Shown: positions 1 through 12,591, counted from the first letter of the stretch. The stretch is DNA of 64,000 bases from an uncultured cyanobacterium (GCA_963719515.1 CAVRCJ010000006.1:128001-192000); one strand, 5' to 3'. The notes: generated from the sequence alone by a model not told the origin. Made by a program: numbers and translations.

Positions 1-346
1 AGGCAGGATGTTCGCTAAATAGCTCATCGATAATCTGGTTGATGATGCGGGCCTGCTGCCCAGCGGCCAAGCGGACTCCTGCAGCGTCGTACATGACGAT
101 GATGGCAAACACGCAGGCGATCGCAAATTCGGCGCTTTCCCAACCCTGAGTTTGCCCAACGCTGCAGGCGAGACCCGTAACTAGGGCTGAGTGAGAACTC
201 GGCATGCCGCCAGAGCTAAATAGGGTTTGGATATTAATGGTGCCTTTGACAGACAGCTCAACAAAGAGTTTGAGAAACTGAGCCGTGAAGCAGGCCAACA
301 GCGCTACCACCAGCACACGATTACTCAGAATATCAAGAACCTCCAT
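1..346 (-). CDS. Divergent PAP2 family (DUF212) membrane protein, 3' end runs off the window
   Basis: Manual translation from ATG at 346: MEVLDILSNRVLVVALLACFTAQFLK...SGGMPSSHSALV...IIVMYDAAGVR; lies directly downstream of crtE as usual in cyanobacteria. Confidence 0.88.
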   Translation of the reverse strand, partial: MEVLDILSNRVLVVALLACFTAQFLKLFVELSVKGTINIQTLFSSGGMPSSHSALVTGLACSVGQTQGWESAEFAIACVFAIIVMYDAAGVRLAAGQQARIINQIIDELFSEHPA

Positions 347-359
347 GGGTATTCCTGCA

Positions 360-1298
360 TTAGTGGGTGCGAGCCGTAATGAAATCGGCGAGGGCGACAA
401 GGGGTTGGGCAGCGGGGCCAAAAGGCGCTAGCGCCTGTTTGGCATCGACAACAAGCTGCTGAGCTTTTGCCCTCGACTCGTCGAGTCCCCACAGGCTAGG
501 ATAAGTCACTTTCTGTGACTGTAGATCTTTTCCGGCGGTTTTGCCCAGCTCATCCTGGGTTGCAGTAATGTCCAGAATGTCGTCGACGATCTGGAACGCA
601 AGACCAATGCACTGGGCGTAGTGGGACAGCCGCTGGATATCGCATCGGGGTGCCCCCGCCAGCACGGCTCCTGACACTACTGCTGCCTCCAGCAGCGCCG
701 CCGTTTTATGCTGATGGATAAATTCTAGAGTCTCAGCCGAGACGTCAGGCTTGCCTTCGCAGGCTAAATCAACGGACTGCCCCCCTACGAGTCCTGCGGC
801 CCCCAGCGCTCGGCCCAGCCGCGCCACCACATTCACCACTCGTTCTGCTGGCACCCCTTTGGTCGCCACCGCGACATGCTCAAAGGCGTAAGCCAATAGA
901 CCATCCCCTGCCAGAATAGCGATCGCGTCCCCGTAAATTTTGTGGTTAGTGAGCTTGCCGCGCCGGTAGTCGTCGTTGTCCATAGCGGGGAGGTCGTCGT
1001 GGATCAAAGACATCGTGTGAATCATTTCTAGGGCGCAGGCGGTGGGCATGGCCATGTCGAGGGTGCCCCCCGTCATCTCGCAAGTGGCTAAGCAGAGGAT
1101 AGGCCGCAGCCGCTTTCCTCCCGCCAGCAGGGAATAGCGCATTGAGTCGTAGATAGTCTCGGGATAGACCACTGCAATCGACTCGTCTAACGCCTGTTCG
1201 ACAATATCTTTTCGAGCGCTGAGGTAGCCCTGCAAATCAAATGAGGCTTCGTCTACGCGATCGCTGGCGGTAGCTGTGCCCGAATTCCTAGAAGTCAT
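360..1298 (-). CDS. crtE: Geranylgeranyl diphosphate synthase
   Basis: [25 protein letters not shown] and FQIVDDILD motifs; ATG at 1298 preferred over GTG at 1319. Confidence 0.93.
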   Translation of the reverse strand: MTSRNSGTATASDRVDEASFDLQGYLSARKDIVEQALDESIAVVYPETIYDSMRYSLLAGGKRLRPILCLATCEMTGGTLDMAMPTACALEMIHTMSLIHDDLPAMDNDDYRRGKLTNHKIYGDAIAILAGDGLLAYAFEHVAVATKGVPAERVVNVVARLGRALGAAGLVGGQSVDLACEGKPDVSAETLEFIHQHKTAALLEAAVVSGAVLAGAPRCDIQRLSHYAQCIGLAFQIVDDILDITATQDELGKTAGKDLQSQKVTYPSLWGLDESRAKAQQLVVDAKQALAPFGPAAQPLVALADFITARTH

Positions 1299-1424
1299 AA
1301 TGTCACCGTTTATCTTCACCGTATTGCTGTTGTGCTGTTGTGCTGTGTAAGAGATCTCGACTTTGTCCTGCTGGCCCTATCTCGCCGGTCCTATCTCGCT
1401 AACCTGCAGGTCAGCCTCATCTTT

Positions 1425-1472
1425 TCTAGATGTTCGCCAGTCTAGATGTTCGCCAGTCTAGATGTTCGTCAG
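1425..1472. repeat. 16-bp tandem repeat x3 (TCTAGATGTTCGCCAG, third copy with 1 mismatch)
   Basis: Read directly in the folD-crtE spacer. Confidence 0.9.
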
Positions 1473-1484
1473 ACATAGGCCCCC

Positions 1485-2354
1485 TCAAAGCGAAAATCGC
1501 TGCCGATAGCTCACCAGCGTATTGCTGAGCAGCATGGTCACCGTCATCGGCCCGACCCCGCCAGGTACCGGGGTGATCCACTGGGCCACTTGCTCTACCG
1601 CCTGAAAATCGACATCTCCCACCAGCCGCGTCTCTCCTGAGCGGCTGGTGGTGCGGTTTATACCCACGTCGATGACGATAGCGCCGGGCTTGACCATATC
1701 CGCTGTGATGGCGTTGGGCACCCCCAGCGCGGCGACTAAAACATCGGCCATTTTTGTAATGGCGCTCAGATGTTGGGTCTTAGAGTGCGCCACGGTCACC
1801 GTTGCATTCTCGGCGAGCAGCATAAACGCGAGGGGTTTGCCCACCAAAATACTCCGCCCCACAACCACAGCCCGCTTTCCGGCCAAGGCAATGTCATAAG
1901 TCTTTAGCAGCTGCATTACTCCTGCCGGGGTACAGCTCCTTAGACCCACCTCTCCCCTCAGCAGCTGTCCAAGATTGTAGGGATGGAGTCCATCGACGTC
2001 TTTGTGGGGATCGATGCGGCGGAGGAGATCGACGCTATCGAGGTGGGCGGGCAACGGCAGTTGGATAAGAATGCCGTCGACACAGTCGTTTTGGTTGAGG
2101 GAGTCGATGGCGTGCTCTAGTTCGGCCTGAGTCGTTTCGGTAGGATAATGCTGCCCAAAAGAAGCCATCCCGAGGCGATCGCAGGCCCTTTCTTTACCGC
2201 GCACGTAGGCCGCGCTAGCCGGGTTGTCCCCCACCATAATTACCGCTAGCCCGGGGGGTCGACCCACATGGGCTAGCTGAGAAACTTGCTCAGCCATCTG
2301 CGTCTGCATCTGTTTGGCTAAGGCTTTACCGTCGAGTAACTCTGCCATGCACAT
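1485..2354 (-). CDS. folD: Bifunctional methylenetetrahydrofolate dehydrogenase/cyclohydrolase
   Basis: [22 protein letters not shown] and [11 protein letters not shown] motifs. Confidence 0.97.
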   Translation of the reverse strand: MCMAELLDGKALAKQMQTQMAEQVSQLAHVGRPPGLAVIMVGDNPASAAYVRGKERACDRLGMASFGQHYPTETTQAELEHAIDSLNQNDCVDGILIQLPLPAHLDSVDLLRRIDPHKDVDGLHPYNLGQLLRGEVGLRSCTPAGVMQLLKTYDIALAGKRAVVVGRSILVGKPLAFMLLAENATVTVAHSKTQHLSAITKMADVLVAALGVPNAITADMVKPGAIVIDVGINRTTSRSGETRLVGDVDFQAVEQVAQWITPVPGGVGPMTVTMLLSNTLVSYRQRFSL

Positions 2355-2640
2355 CGAGAGTAGTGAAAGACAAAAAGCAGCTAACTATACCACTGGTTGC
2401 TTTCATCTAGTGTCTCAGATTTAGCTCAGTTTTAGTGCGCGAGTGAGGCGACACCGATGAAGTCATATGTAGGGACAATCGAAAAATGCTGCATTTTCTA
2501 AGCAAAGCGGCAGCCCACCCCATAATGTGCGATCGCTGTACCGCGATGGCGGGGATGAGGGCTGCCGCTTTCGGAGGGAGCCTTGGACGACCTGCTACAG
2601 AAGGCGTCCAAGTCTAGGGAGTCGCTCGATAGTTCGGAAC

Positions 2641-3003
2641 CTAGTAGCGGTAGGAGCTGCCACTTGCGTAGGAATTGCCGCCGCCTGGCTTGTGGATGAT
2701 AAAGCCCATCACCTGACACTGCTTGATGTTGTCGAATCCAACGACGCGAACAAAGGACTCGCGGTATTCACTACGGCACTCGTTAGCCTCGTTGAGGACT
2801 TCCTGCACAGACCCGGCCCCAAACAGAGGCAGCTTCCACATCGTCCAGTAGGTTTCGGTAGGCTCTGCCGTTTCATTGAACTCAATGGCAGGAATGAAGC
2901 CCTGGTCGATGATGTACTGAATCTGTTTTGCGATCTGCTGATCGCTCAGTGGGGGCAGGTAAGATAGGGTTTCGTAACGGCGCTCTTTTGGTAATGTCTT
3001 CAT
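2641..3003 (-). CDS. rbcS: RuBisCO small subunit
   Basis: [19 protein letters not shown]...[10 protein letters not shown]. Confidence 0.98.
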   Translation of the reverse strand: MKTLPKERRYETLSYLPPLSDQQIAKQIQYIIDQGFIPAIEFNETAEPTETYWTMWKLPLFGAGSVQEVLNEANECRSEYRESFVRVVGFDNIKQCQVMGFIIHKPGGGNSYASGSSYRY

Positions 3004-3048
3004 GGTGGTTGATTCTTGGGTTAAATAGGGTGAATAAAAGCGGTCTGG

Positions 3049-3489
3049 CTATCCAGATGTTGGATATTCGCCGCCGCTGACGTCTGAGTCAGATGCTGCA
3101 CTATCCGACGGCGGCTCACCTTCCAATGGCTGATCGCGGGTGCTATCCGCATCGAGGCTGGTAATTCGCTCTAGATACTGACGGCGATGCTCCATGTTGG
3201 CCTGCTGAATCCCAGAGCACACCATTTCAGGCAAGAACTCCGTGATTTCTTCGGCTATATGGGCTCGGACCGTCATGATCCGAAAGGCTAGCGCCTGATT
3301 CTCTTTCAGCAGCTCCCGTAGATAGGCGTCTCCATCCTGAATTTTGTTCGTAGAGGAGAAGCCGTGGAGCCACATGGAGAGCGCTGGATTGGTCTCGCGG
3401 AGCTGAGCCACAACGGTGCGAATAGCGCGATAGGTTAAGTAGCTGGTAACGGTTTTAGCGGTGTCTTTAGCAATCTGCTTCAGATCCAT
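3049..3489 (-). CDS. rbcX: RuBisCO assembly chaperone RbcX
   Basis: MDLKQIAKDTAKTVTSYLTY; located between rbcL and rbcS. Confidence 0.97.
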   Translation of the reverse strand: MDLKQIAKDTAKTVTSYLTYRAIRTVVAQLRETNPALSMWLHGFSSTNKIQDGDAYLRELLKENQALAFRIMTVRAHIAEEITEFLPEMVCSGIQQANMEHRRQYLERITSLDADSTRDQPLEGEPPSDSAASDSDVSGGEYPTSG

Positions 3490-3591
3490 TGGGGACGTCA
3501 GTCCTGCTAAATGGAAGGATATGCGATGCCTACAGTAGGATCAGTAGGGTAAGCCTGTAAGCCTACCCCTACTACGCTTACCAAGACGGTA

Positions 3592-5022
3592 TCAGACGGT
3601 ATCAACAGTCTCGAATTCGAACTTGATTTCCTTCCAGACTTCGCAGGCCACGGCCAGCTCAGGGCACCACTTAGCCGCTTCGCGGATGATGTCGCCACCT
3701 TCGCGGTTGAGGTCGCGGCCTTCGTTACGGGCCTGAACGCAAGCTTCCAGCGCAACGCGGTTGGCGGTTGCACCAGGTGCATTACCCCAGGGGTGGCCCA
3801 GCGTACCACCACCGAACTGCAGCACGGAGTCGTCGCCGAAGATTTCTACTAGCGCGGGCATGTGCCACACGTGAATGCCACCGGAGGCTACGGCCATCAC
3901 GCCGGGCATGGAGGCCCAATCTTGGGTGAAGTAGATGCCGCGCTCGGGATCCTTCTCAACGTAGTTCTCACGCAGCAGGTCGACAAAGCCCATAGTGACG
4001 TTGCGATCGCCCTCGAGCTTACCCACAACCGTACCGGTGTGGATGTGGTCACCGCCGGACATCCGCAGGCACTTAGCCAGCGTCCGGAAGTGCATACCGT
4101 GGTTCTTCTGGCGGTCAATTACCGCGTGCATGGCCCGGTGGATGTGGAGCAGCATGCCGTTGTCGCGGCACCAGTGAGCAAGACTGGTGTTGGCGGTAAA
4201 GCCAGCGGTGATGAAGTCATGCATGATGATGGGCATTTCGAGTTCTTTGGCGTACTCGGCCCGCTTGAACATCTCCTCGCAGGTGGAGGCGGTGACGTTC
4301 AGGTAGTGACCCTTGATCTCACCGGTCTCAGCCTGGGCCTTGTGAATGGCGTCAGCCACAAACAAGAAGCGATCGCGCCAGCGCTGGAAAGGCTGGGAGT
4401 TGATGTTCTCGTCGTCTTTGGTGAAGTCAAGGCCGCCGCGCAGACACTCATAAACCGCCCGGCCGTAGTTCTTGGCGGATAGACCTAGCTTCGGCTTGAT
4501 GGTGCAGCCTAGTAGGGGACGACCGTACTTGTTGATCTTGTCGCGCTCGACGGTGATACCGTGGGGCGGGCCCTGGAAGGTCTTCAGGTAGGCAACGGGG
4601 ATACGTAGGTCTTCGAGACGCAGCGCCTTCAGGGCCTTAAAGCCAAACACGTTGCCCACGATGGAGGTGAGCAAGTTGGTAACTGAACCTTCCTCGAACA
4701 GGTCCAAAGGATAGGCGATGTAGGCGATGAACTGACTATCTTCGCCGCGAACTGGCTCAATATCGTAGCAGCGACCTTTGTAGCGATCTAGGTCGGTGAG
4801 TAGGTCGGTCCAAACGGTAGTCCAGGTACCGGTGGAGGACTCTGCCGCCACGGCTGCACCGGCCTCTTCTGGAGGAACCCCAGGCTGAGGGGTGACCCGA
4901 AACGCCGCCAGGATATCCGTATCCTTAGGCGTGTAGTCCGGCGTGTAATAGGTTAATTTGTAGTCCTTAACCCCAGCCTCGTACCCTGACTTGGACTGAG
5001 TTCTCGATTGAGAATATGACAT
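3592..5022 (-). CDS. rbcL: RuBisCO large subunit, form IB
   Basis: [17 protein letters not shown] catalytic motif, full length 476 aa. Confidence 0.99.
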   Translation of the reverse strand: MSYSQSRTQSKSGYEAGVKDYKLTYYTPDYTPKDTDILAAFRVTPQPGVPPEEAGAAVAAESSTGTWTTVWTDLLTDLDRYKGRCYDIEPVRGEDSQFIAYIAYPLDLFEEGSVTNLLTSIVGNVFGFKALKALRLEDLRIPVAYLKTFQGPPHGITVERDKINKYGRPLLGCTIKPKLGLSAKNYGRAVYECLRGGLDFTKDDENINSQPFQRWRDRFLFVADAIHKAQAETGEIKGHYLNVTASTCEEMFKRAEYAKELEMPIIMHDFITAGFTANTSLAHWCRDNGMLLHIHRAMHAVIDRQKNHGMHFRTLAKCLRMSGGDHIHTGTVVGKLEGDRNVTMGFVDLLRENYVEKDPERGIYFTQDWASMPGVMAVASGGIHVWHMPALVEIFGDDSVLQFGGGTLGHPWGNAPGATANRVALEACVQARNEGRDLNREGGDIIREAAKWCPELAVACEVWKEIKFEFETVDTV

Positions 5023-5281
5023 ATCTCGCTTCTATCTCCCTTCGGTTAGATTAATCAACGTCCTACAACGCAAAACACTGTCAGAACAAATAGGCCGTCA
5101 CAAAGCAAAACGCCAGACGACATATATCTCAACACGTTATTGCCTGAAAATGGCAGCCCTTGCAGGAAAATTTAGGCCACCTAAATTTGAGTGAAACCAG
5201 CGCACCGTAATAGTTTTGTCTACGCTATTTCAGCGAGCCAGTCTACTCAAAAGCCTGCTTCTAAATTGCTGATTTAGAAAA

Positions 5282-5356
5282 ACTATATCAGGAATCGGAC
5301 GCAACTCTATAAGCTCAACTTCCAATCTTCTTTGAGTTCGTATAACCTATGTTTAT
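5282..5356 (-). promoter_or_regulatory. Candidate rbcL promoter: extended -10 (TGaTATAGT) plus upstream LysR-type ATAA-N7-TTAT palindrome
   Basis: Motifs at 5282-5290 (minus) and 5342-5356; RbcR-type LysR control of rbcL is known, but this assignment is inference. Confidence 0.35.
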
Positions 5357-5383
5357 GTTTTGAGTCGATTAGTAAAGAGATAT

Positions 5384-5439
5384 GACAAGGCATTAAAAAA
5401 GAGAGCATCTTATGAATGCCTCGTTTTTAATGTCTTGTC
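5384..5439. terminator. Long hairpin downstream of the lipoprotein gene
   Basis: GACAAGGCATTAAAAA...TTTTTAATGTCTTGTC inverted repeat. Confidence 0.55.
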
Positions 5440-5455
5440 GAGGCTTTAGCGATCC

Positions 5456-6901
5456 TTATTCTTCTGAAATTTCCGGGAGAGTCTCAGGACTAAAGCTCTT
5501 GGGGCTACCTGAGATTGAGTCAGGGCTCGCTAGCCGCGGCGGTGCGCTCTGTGCTGATTCGCCTAAATTCGGATCGCTAGCCTCTGCCGGGGACTTTATT
5601 GTTGGGGACGCGGCAGTTGGGATGAGGTCTGGCGCAGTCTTGCTGCTGGGCTCAACCTCGGGCTCAAGAGCCGGTAGCCGCTCGGGTAGGGTCTCTTCCA
5701 TCAAGATGCCCGGAGGGAAGGCCTCTGTCTTTGGCAGGCTAACCGGTTCGGGAACCGCTTCTGGCGTACTGTCTATTGCTTTAGCGCCAAGAGCCGCTGC
5801 TGGGCGATTTGATTTCGAGGTCTCTACGGCGGGAGTCTTTACCGGAGCCAGCAGAGGCTCTGGCTCTATAGGTTCTACAGATTCTGTTTCTAGGGCTCCT
5901 ACCGGAGGCTCATAGCCAGCAATGATGATTGAGCGGGCGTCTTGCAGCGATAGTTCACCGCGAACGAGCTTTGATAGCGTATCGTCGCCGCCCGGCTCCA
6001 GTGTGATCAGGCGGGCTGTGTTGTTGTAGGAGTTGCTGATAGGGGTATCGTTCTCGTCTAAGAGCTCAAGCTGAATCCAGTTCTTACCGGGCTTAAACCC
6101 CGTCAAATATAGGGGCTCCCAAGTATCGAAGGTGAAGACTTGGCCATTGATAGTGCAGCGAATTTTCCAATCGGACACCTCATCCGCCCCGTCTTCTTGA
6201 GCAACTAGGTGCAGCGGCGCGTTTTGAAGATAGAAATCAAGCAGGATCGGTTCAGCACCATATCCCCCTTTAGGCCGGCTGTAGGTCAGCATCGGCGCAC
6301 CTAGGTCAGGGCTGTCGGGGGTCTGCGTGAAGACGTAAAATTGCGTTTGAGCGTAGGCTTCAGCATTTTTGAAGCTCTCGTGCCAGGGCCTAGAAGCAAA
6401 GGCTCGAAGGGTATGAGTGCCCGGCTCTAGATCTTCTAAAACAAGGGGCTGGCTGGGATCATAGACTGCCCGGTAAGGCTCGTTGTCGAGGATCACATGG
6501 AGATGAGGTCCCATCGCCAGCGCCTCATCTTTAAAGGCGGGAAAATCGCTGACCTGGAACCGGACCGTGACTCGATCATCTTCAATGACCTCATCTTGCT
6601 TGGGGCTAGTGATGCTCAGCTGCGGCCGTACGTCGAGTTCTTGCTTGAGCGCCTGAATGACACCGGGAGTAGAAACTTCTTGGAGCGTTTTGGGGATTCC
6701 TATCAGGCTGTTAGGCCCGCCGGGGATGATGCGATCGCCCCCAGAACCACTACAACCAGTCAAGGCCGTCGCTGCAATTAAAAGGACTGCTGCAGTCCGA
6801 GCCAGCGATCTGAGCGCAGTGGACCGGAGTGTAACAAATCGTGACTTCCCCTTAGCCTGCTGTCCTGAAAGTCGCTGCAACATTTGATGCCAGTCATTCA
6901 C
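5456..6901 (-). CDS. Conserved cyanobacterial lipoprotein with Pro/Glu-rich C-terminal tail
   Basis: Lipobox LTGC; GPHLHVILDN and RAFASRPWHESFKN motifs; low-complexity C-terminus. Confidence 0.75.
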   Translation of the reverse strand: MNDWHQMLQRLSGQQAKGKSRFVTLRSTALRSLARTAAVLLIAATALTGCSGSGGDRIIPGGPNSLIGIPKTLQEVSTPGVIQALKQELDVRPQLSITSPKQDEVIEDDRVTVRFQVSDFPAFKDEALAMGPHLHVILDNEPYRAVYDPSQPLVLEDLEPGTHTLRAFASRPWHESFKNAEAYAQTQFYVFTQTPDSPDLGAPMLTYSRPKGGYGAEPILLDFYLQNAPLHLVAQEDGADEVSDWKIRCTINGQVFTFDTWEPLYLTGFKPGKNWIQLELLDENDTPISNSYNNTARLITLEPGGDDTLSKLVRGELSLQDARSIIIAGYEPPVGALETESVEPIEPEPLLAPVKTPAVETSKSNRPAAALGAKAIDSTPEAVPEPVSLPKTEAFPPGILMEETLPERLPALEPEVEPSSKTAPDLIPTAASPTIKSPAEASDPNLGESAQSAPPRLASPDSISGSPKSFSPETLPEISEE

Positions 6902-7567
6902 GGGTGAATTTCTCCTTTTTTTCTGCTATGCCGCTTTTCTTATGCCGCAGACCCCATAGTCAAACTCCATCACGGAGTATTGGATTCCACCACCATACCG
7001 CTTTGGCCGTAGGGTTGGACAATAGAATTTCGCGCTGTAGTTGCTTTGCAATCGCGCTGCAGGCGACCTTCCAGCTAAGGCAAGGATGGAATTACATAAC
7101 GCAATAGTTCGATAATGCCCAGCTATATTGAGTTTTGTGTAATTTTGATTCGGTAGGCACGATGTGCTAGGGGCTGCGAAACACACATGGTAGAAAAATC
7201 AACGCCTCCCGCTGTTTGAATTATTGTTAACTCCCGTCGAGGCGGCGGCGGATACGGCACTATAATGCTCGAAAGACCTGGCCCTGAAGTAGCCCAAAAC
7301 TTCGAGCACTGGCTAGTTCCAGACTTCGAAGTGCCGCTTCTTTAACTTGAGAAAATCTCAACCCACGTTGAATTTCGATGGTTTTAACGGCGGCGACGGC
7401 GCGATTGCCTCGGGTAACGGCACTACTAGCTCGGACGTCTTGTTATTTGATATTGCCCACCTGGTCATCATGCAAAGCAAGACTCAAGTCAGTGGCACCT
7501 TTACCCAACGCCAAACTCAGAGGTCAGGATTTCCATCGTTCCTTGTCTAAAGAGAGGAGAGTCTCTA

Positions 7568-9826
7568 ATGACAACTACCCCACGGGAGCGAGACGCGAAA
7601 GCTAAGATTCTCGTTGACAAAGATCCGGTTCCTACTTCCTTTGAGAAGTGGGCTAAGCCGGGCCACTTCGACAGAACTTTGGCTAAAGGTCCCAAAACCA
7701 CCACTTGGATTTGGAACCTTCACGCTGACGCTCATGACTTTGACAGTCATACCAGTGACCTAGAAGATATTTCTCGGAAAATCTTTAGCGCTCACTTCGG
7801 TCATTTGGCCATTGTGTTTATCTGGCTGAGCGGCATGTATTTCCATGGCGCTCGCTTTTCTAACTATGAAGCTTGGTTGACCAATCCCACTGGCATTAAG
7901 CCCAGTGCGCAGGTCGTTTGGCCTATTGTTGGTCAAGAAATTCTGAATGCAGACGTCGGTGGCGGTTTCCAGGGCATCCAGATCACCTCTGGGTTCTTTC
8001 AGCTCTGGCGCGCCTCCGGTATTACAAACTCAACTCAGCTCTACGCAACCGCTATCGGCGGCCTTGTGATGGCGGGTCTGATGCTGTTCGCCGGCTGGTT
8101 CCACTACCACAAGCGGGCTCCGAAGCTCGAGTGGTTCCAGAACGTCGAGTCCATGCTCAACCACCACCTAGCAGGTCTGCTGGGTCTAGGTTCTCTGAGC
8201 TGGGCCGGTCACCAGATCCACGTGGCGCTGCCCATCAACAAGCTGCTGGACGCAGGTGTATCTCCCGATGAGATCCCTCTGCCCCACGAGTTCATCTTGA
8301 ACTCCAGCTTGATGGCGGAGCTATACCCCAGTTTTGCAAAAGGTCTGACGCCTTTCTTTACCCTCAACTGGGGCGAGTATGCCGACTTCCTTACCTTCAA
8401 GGGTGGCCTCAACCCCGTCACTGGCGGGCTGTGGCTTTCGGATACAGCACACCATCACCTGGCGATCGCCGTGCTCTTCCTGGTTGCGGGCCATATGTAC
8501 CGCACCAACTGGGGCATTGGCCACAGCATCAAAGAGATTTTAGAAAATCATAAGGGTCCCTTTACGGGCGAAGGCCACAAGGGTCTATATGAAATTCTGA
8601 CCACCTCTTGGCATGCGCAGCTGTCGGTAAACCTGGCGCTGCTGGGCTCGCTCACGATCATCGTGGCGCAGCACATGTACGCGATGCCGCCGTATCCCTA
8701 TCTGGCTACGGACTACCCCACTCAGATTTCGCTGTTTACCCACCACATGTGGATTGGCGGCTTCCTGATTGTTGGGGCAGGTGCTCACGGTTCGATCTTC
8801 ATGGTGCGGGATTATGACCCGGCCAAGAACGTCAACAACCTGCTGGACCGGGTACTCCGTCAGCGGGACGCCATGATTTCCCACCTCAACTGGGTGTGTA
8901 TTTTCCTGGGCTTCCACAGCTTTGGTCTCTACATCCACAACGACACCATGCGGGCGTTGGGTCGTCCTCAGGACATGTTCTCTGATACAGCGATTCAGCT
9001 GCAGCCGGTGTTTGCCCAGTGGATTCAAAACCTGCATACGCTAGCCCCCGGTACTACGGCTCCTAACGCTCTGGCTCCCGTGAGCTACGTGTTTGGCGGC
9101 GACGTGGTGGCAGTGGGCGGCAAAGTGGCCATGATGCCTATGGCTCTGGGCACTGCGGACTTTATGGTGCACCATATCCACGCCTTCACCATCCACGTGA
9201 CGGTGCTGATTCTGCTGAAGGGCGTGCTCTATGCCCGCAGCTCTCGCCTGATTCCTGACAAAGCTGAACTGGGCTTCCGGTTCCCTTGTGACGGTCCGGG
9301 TCGAGGCGGCACCTGCCAGGTTTCCGGCTGGGACCACGTGTTCCTAGGCCTGTTCTGGATGTACAATTCCCTGTCGATTGCCATATTCCACTTCAGCTGG
9401 AAGATGCAGTCAGACGTCTGGGGAACAGTTGCACCGGACGGCTCGGTGTCCCACATCACGGCGGGTAACTTTGCCCAAAGCGCGATTTGCATTAACGGCT
9501 GGCTGCGAGACTTCCTGTGGGCTCAAGCGGTTAACGTAATTGGCTCCTACGGTTCGGCGCTGTCCGCCTACGGACTGCTGTTCCTGGGCGCTCACTTCGT
9601 CTGGGCATTCAGCCTCATGTTCCTTTTCAGCGGACGGGGCTACTGGCAAGAGCTTATTGAGTCTATTGTTTGGGCTCACAACAAGCTGAAGGTTGCGCCT
9701 GCAATTCAGCCTCGTGCTCTGAGCATTATTCAGGGCCGTGCAGTTGGTGTAGCACACTACCTCTTGGGGGGAATCGTCACCACGTGGGCGTTCTTCCTAG
9801 CCCGAATCATTGCTGTGTCTGGATAG
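7568..9826 (+). CDS. psaA: Photosystem I P700 apoprotein A1
   Basis: [14 protein letters not shown] motif, 752 aa, GAGGAG RBS. Confidence 0.99.
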   Translation: MTTTPRERDAKAKILVDKDPVPTSFEKWAKPGHFDRTLAKGPKTTTWIWNLHADAHDFDSHTSDLEDISRKIFSAHFGHLAIVFIWLSGMYFHGARFSNYEAWLTNPTGIKPSAQVVWPIVGQEILNADVGGGFQGIQITSGFFQLWRASGITNSTQLYATAIGGLVMAGLMLFAGWFHYHKRAPKLEWFQNVESMLNHHLAGLLGLGSLSWAGHQIHVALPINKLLDAGVSPDEIPLPHEFILNSSLMAELYPSFAKGLTPFFTLNWGEYADFLTFKGGLNPVTGGLWLSDTAHHHLAIAVLFLVAGHMYRTNWGIGHSIKEILENHKGPFTGEGHKGLYEILTTSWHAQLSVNLALLGSLTIIVAQHMYAMPPYPYLATDYPTQISLFTHHMWIGGFLIVGAGAHGSIFMVRDYDPAKNVNNLLDRVLRQRDAMISHLNWVCIFLGFHSFGLYIHNDTMRALGRPQDMFSDTAIQLQPVFAQWIQNLHTLAPGTTAPNALAPVSYVFGGDVVAVGGKVAMMPMALGTADFMVHHIHAFTIHVTVLILLKGVLYARSSRLIPDKAELGFRFPCDGPGRGGTCQVSGWDHVFLGLFWMYNSLSIAIFHFSWKMQSDVWGTVAPDGSVSHITAGNFAQSAICINGWLRDFLWAQAVNVIGSYGSALSAYGLLFLGAHFVWAFSLMFLFSGRGYWQELIESIVWAHNKLKVAPAIQPRALSIIQGRAVGVAHYLLGGIVTTWAFFLARIIAVSG

Positions 9827-9849
9827 GCATGAGGAGGACATAACTAACA

Positions 9850-12078
9850 ATGGCAACTAAATTTCCTAAGTTTAGCCAAGCGCTAGCGCAAGATCCGACG
9901 ACGCGTCGGATCTGGTACGGAATTGCCACGGCCCACGATTTTGAAAGCCATGACGGCATGACGGAGGAGAATCTTTACCAAAAGATCTTCGCCTCCCACT
10001 TCGGCCACATTGCAATCATCTTCCTCTGGACCTCGGGCAGCCTGTTCCACGTTGCTTGGCAAGGTAACTTCGAGCAGTGGATCCAAGATCCGCTCAACGT
10101 GCGTCCCATCGCCCATGCGATTTGGGATCCTCACTTTGGCCAGCCCGCTGTTGACGCCTTTACCCAAGGCGGCGCATCCGGTCCGGTCAACATCGCCTAC
10201 TCCGGTGTGTACCACTGGTGGTACACCATCGGAATGCGGACAAACACCGAGCTGTACAGCGGCGCAGTCTTCCTGCTGCTAATGTCTGCCGTGTTCCTGT
10301 TCGCGGGCTGGCTGCACCTGCAGCCTAAGTTCCGCCCCAGCTTGTCCTGGTTTAAGAACGCTGAATCTCGACTGAACCACCACTTGGCCGGTCTGTTTGG
10401 CGTTAGCTCTTTGGCTTGGACAGGTCACCTGGTGCATGTGGCTATTCCCGAGTCTCGGGGCCAGCACATCGGTTGGGATAACTTCCTGACCACGCCACCG
10501 CATCCGGCAGGTTTGGCACCTTTCTTTACTGGCAACTGGGGCGTGTACGCCCAGAACCCTGACACCGCTAACCACATCTTTGGTACGGCTCAGGGATCGG
10601 GTACCGCTATCCTCACGTTCTTGGGTGGCTTCCATCCCCAGACTGAGTCCCTGTGGCTGACGGACATGGCCCATCACCACCTGGCGATCGCGGTTCTGTT
10701 CATCATTGCCGGTCACATGTACCGCACCAACTTCGGCATTGGCCACAGCATCAAAGAGATGCTGAACTCCAAGTCGGGTCTGTTGGGTGGCAGCAGTGAG
10801 GGTCAGTTCAATCTGCCTCACCAGGGTCTGTACGACACGCTGAACAACTCGCTGCACTTCCAGCTCGCGCTGGCTTTGGCGGCGCTGGGTACGATTACGT
10901 CCCTCGTTGCTCAGCACATGTACGCCCTACCGCCTTACGCCTTCATTGGCCGGGACTACACCACCCAGGCGGCGCTGTATACGCACCACCAGTACATTGC
11001 GGGATTCCTGCTTGTCGGTGCGTTTGCTCACGGCGCGATCTTCCTAGTGCGGGACTACGACCCCGTGCAGAACAAAGGCAACGTGCTTGACCGCGTTCTG
11101 CAGCACAAAGAAGCAATCATCTCCCACCTCAGCTGGGTCTCTCTGTTCTTGGGTTTCCATACCCTAGGCATCTACGTCCACAACGACGTGATGAACGCCT
11201 TCGGTACGCCTGAGAAGCAGATCCTGGTTGAGCCGGTGTTTGCCCAGTTTGTGCAGGCGGCCTCCGGTAAGGCGCTCTACGGCTTCGACACTCTGCTGTC
11301 GAACCCCGATAGCATCGCCTCCACCGCTTGGCCCAACAATGGTGCAGTGTGGCTGCCAGGCTGGCTGGATGCCATCAACAGCGGCACCAACTCCCTGTTC
11401 CTCACCATTGGCCCTGGCGACTTCTTGGTCCACCACGCGATCGCTCTAGGTCTGCACACCACCACGTTGATTCTGGTGAAAGGTGCCCTAGACGCGCGCG
11501 GCTCCAAGCTGATGCCCGACAAAAAGGACTTTGGCTACAGCTTCCCCTGCGACGGCCCTGGCCGTGGCGGCACTTGCGACATCTCCGCGTGGGATTCTTT
11601 CTACCTGGCGATGTTCTGGATGCTGAATACCCTGGGATGGGTGACCTTCTACTGGCACTGGAAACATCTGGGCATTTGGCAAGGGAACGTGGCTCAGTTC
11701 AATGAGTCGTCCACATACCTGATGGGCTGGCTGCGCGATTACCTGTGGCTGAACTCAGCTCAGCTAATCAACGGCTACAACCCCTACGGTATGAACAACC
11801 TGGCGGTCTGGGCGTGGATGTTCTTGTTCGGCCACCTGGTCTGGGCAACGGGCTTCATGTTCTTGATCAGCTGGCGCGGTTACTGGCAAGAGCTGATTGA
11901 GACCCTAGTTTGGGCTCATGAGCGCACGCCTCTGGCGAACCTGGTTCGCTGGAAGGACAAGCCGGTTGCGATGTCCATCGTTCAAGGTCGTCTAATTGGT
12001 CTTGCTCACTTCACGGTGGGATATATCTTGACCTACGCGGCCTTCCTGATTGCCTCAACTGCGTCGCGATACGGTTGA
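9850..12078 (+). CDS. psaB: Photosystem I P700 apoprotein A2
   Basis: [10 protein letters not shown] start, [13 protein letters not shown] motif. Confidence 0.99.
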   Translation: MATKFPKFSQALAQDPTTRRIWYGIATAHDFESHDGMTEENLYQKIFASHFGHIAIIFLWTSGSLFHVAWQGNFEQWIQDPLNVRPIAHAIWDPHFGQPAVDAFTQGGASGPVNIAYSGVYHWWYTIGMRTNTELYSGAVFLLLMSAVFLFAGWLHLQPKFRPSLSWFKNAESRLNHHLAGLFGVSSLAWTGHLVHVAIPESRGQHIGWDNFLTTPPHPAGLAPFFTGNWGVYAQNPDTANHIFGTAQGSGTAILTFLGGFHPQTESLWLTDMAHHHLAIAVLFIIAGHMYRTNFGIGHSIKEMLNSKSGLLGGSSEGQFNLPHQGLYDTLNNSLHFQLALALAALGTITSLVAQHMYALPPYAFIGRDYTTQAALYTHHQYIAGFLLVGAFAHGAIFLVRDYDPVQNKGNVLDRVLQHKEAIISHLSWVSLFLGFHTLGIYVHNDVMNAFGTPEKQILVEPVFAQFVQAASGKALYGFDTLLSNPDSIASTAWPNNGAVWLPGWLDAINSGTNSLFLTIGPGDFLVHHAIALGLHTTTLILVKGALDARGSKLMPDKKDFGYSFPCDGPGRGGTCDISAWDSFYLAMFWMLNTLGWVTFYWHWKHLGIWQGNVAQFNESSTYLMGWLRDYLWLNSAQLINGYNPYGMNNLAVWAWMFLFGHLVWATGFMFLISWRGYWQELIETLVWAHERTPLANLVRWKDKPVAMSIVQGRLIGLAHFTVGYILTYAAFLIASTASRYG

Positions 12079-12106
12079 CGTTGTTGACGGGTAATTAACA
12101 GAAATT

Positions 12107-12137
12107 CTCCCCTGCCGAGAGGTGGGGGAGTTTTTTT
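12107..12137 (+). terminator. Rho-independent terminator of psaAB
   Basis: CTCCCCTGCC-GAGA-GGTGGGGGAG followed by T7. Confidence 0.9.
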
Positions 12138-12310
12138 GGTTGCGATGCCGGTTGTTTTCAAGGTTCCACTCGACAACCTAGTATATAGACTCTATCAGTG
12201 CTACAGGGTTAACGCGCTATCCACCGCACCACCGATATCCTCCATGTCAATGCTATGCAGAGAGATTTGAGCGGACCCAACCCTTCCCCTCCCAAACCCC
12301 CGGCGAATAC

Positions 12311-12591
12311 ATGAGCACCCTCAGTCGCCGCATTCGAATAGACCCGTTACTTATCTCGACTACCACGCCACAGGCGATCGCGCCGAAGCCGCCATCAAAG
12401 AAGCCACGGCCCACGTCGCCGCCCTAGTCGGAGCCGCTCCCCACAACATCATATTCACCTCCGGCGCTACCGAAAGCCTCAACCTCGCCATTCAAGACAC
12501 CGTGAAGACTCTAGAGCAGGTAGGTTCAAACCAAGCCGCCATCAAGCCCCGCGTCGCGATCGCCGCCGTCGAGTTCCCAACACCGCCGTAG
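12311..12591 (+). pseudogene. Truncated, internally deleted IscS/NifS-type cysteine desulfurase relic
   Basis: Frame reads YLDYHAT|GDRAEAAIKEATAHVAALVGAAPHNIIFTSGATESLNLAIQ...RVAIAAVE then stop; upstream ATG (12311) is out of frame. Confidence 0.8.

Noticed and set aside
3862..11705. Many antisense and overlapping ORFs within rbcL, psaA and psaB (likewise ureC, guaA, malQ)
   Set aside because: Shadow ORFs from codon bias in conserved genes
7568..12078. psaAB as far-red (FaRLiP) paralogues
   Set aside because: Sequences look canonical and there are no neighbouring rfp, chlF or apc paralogues
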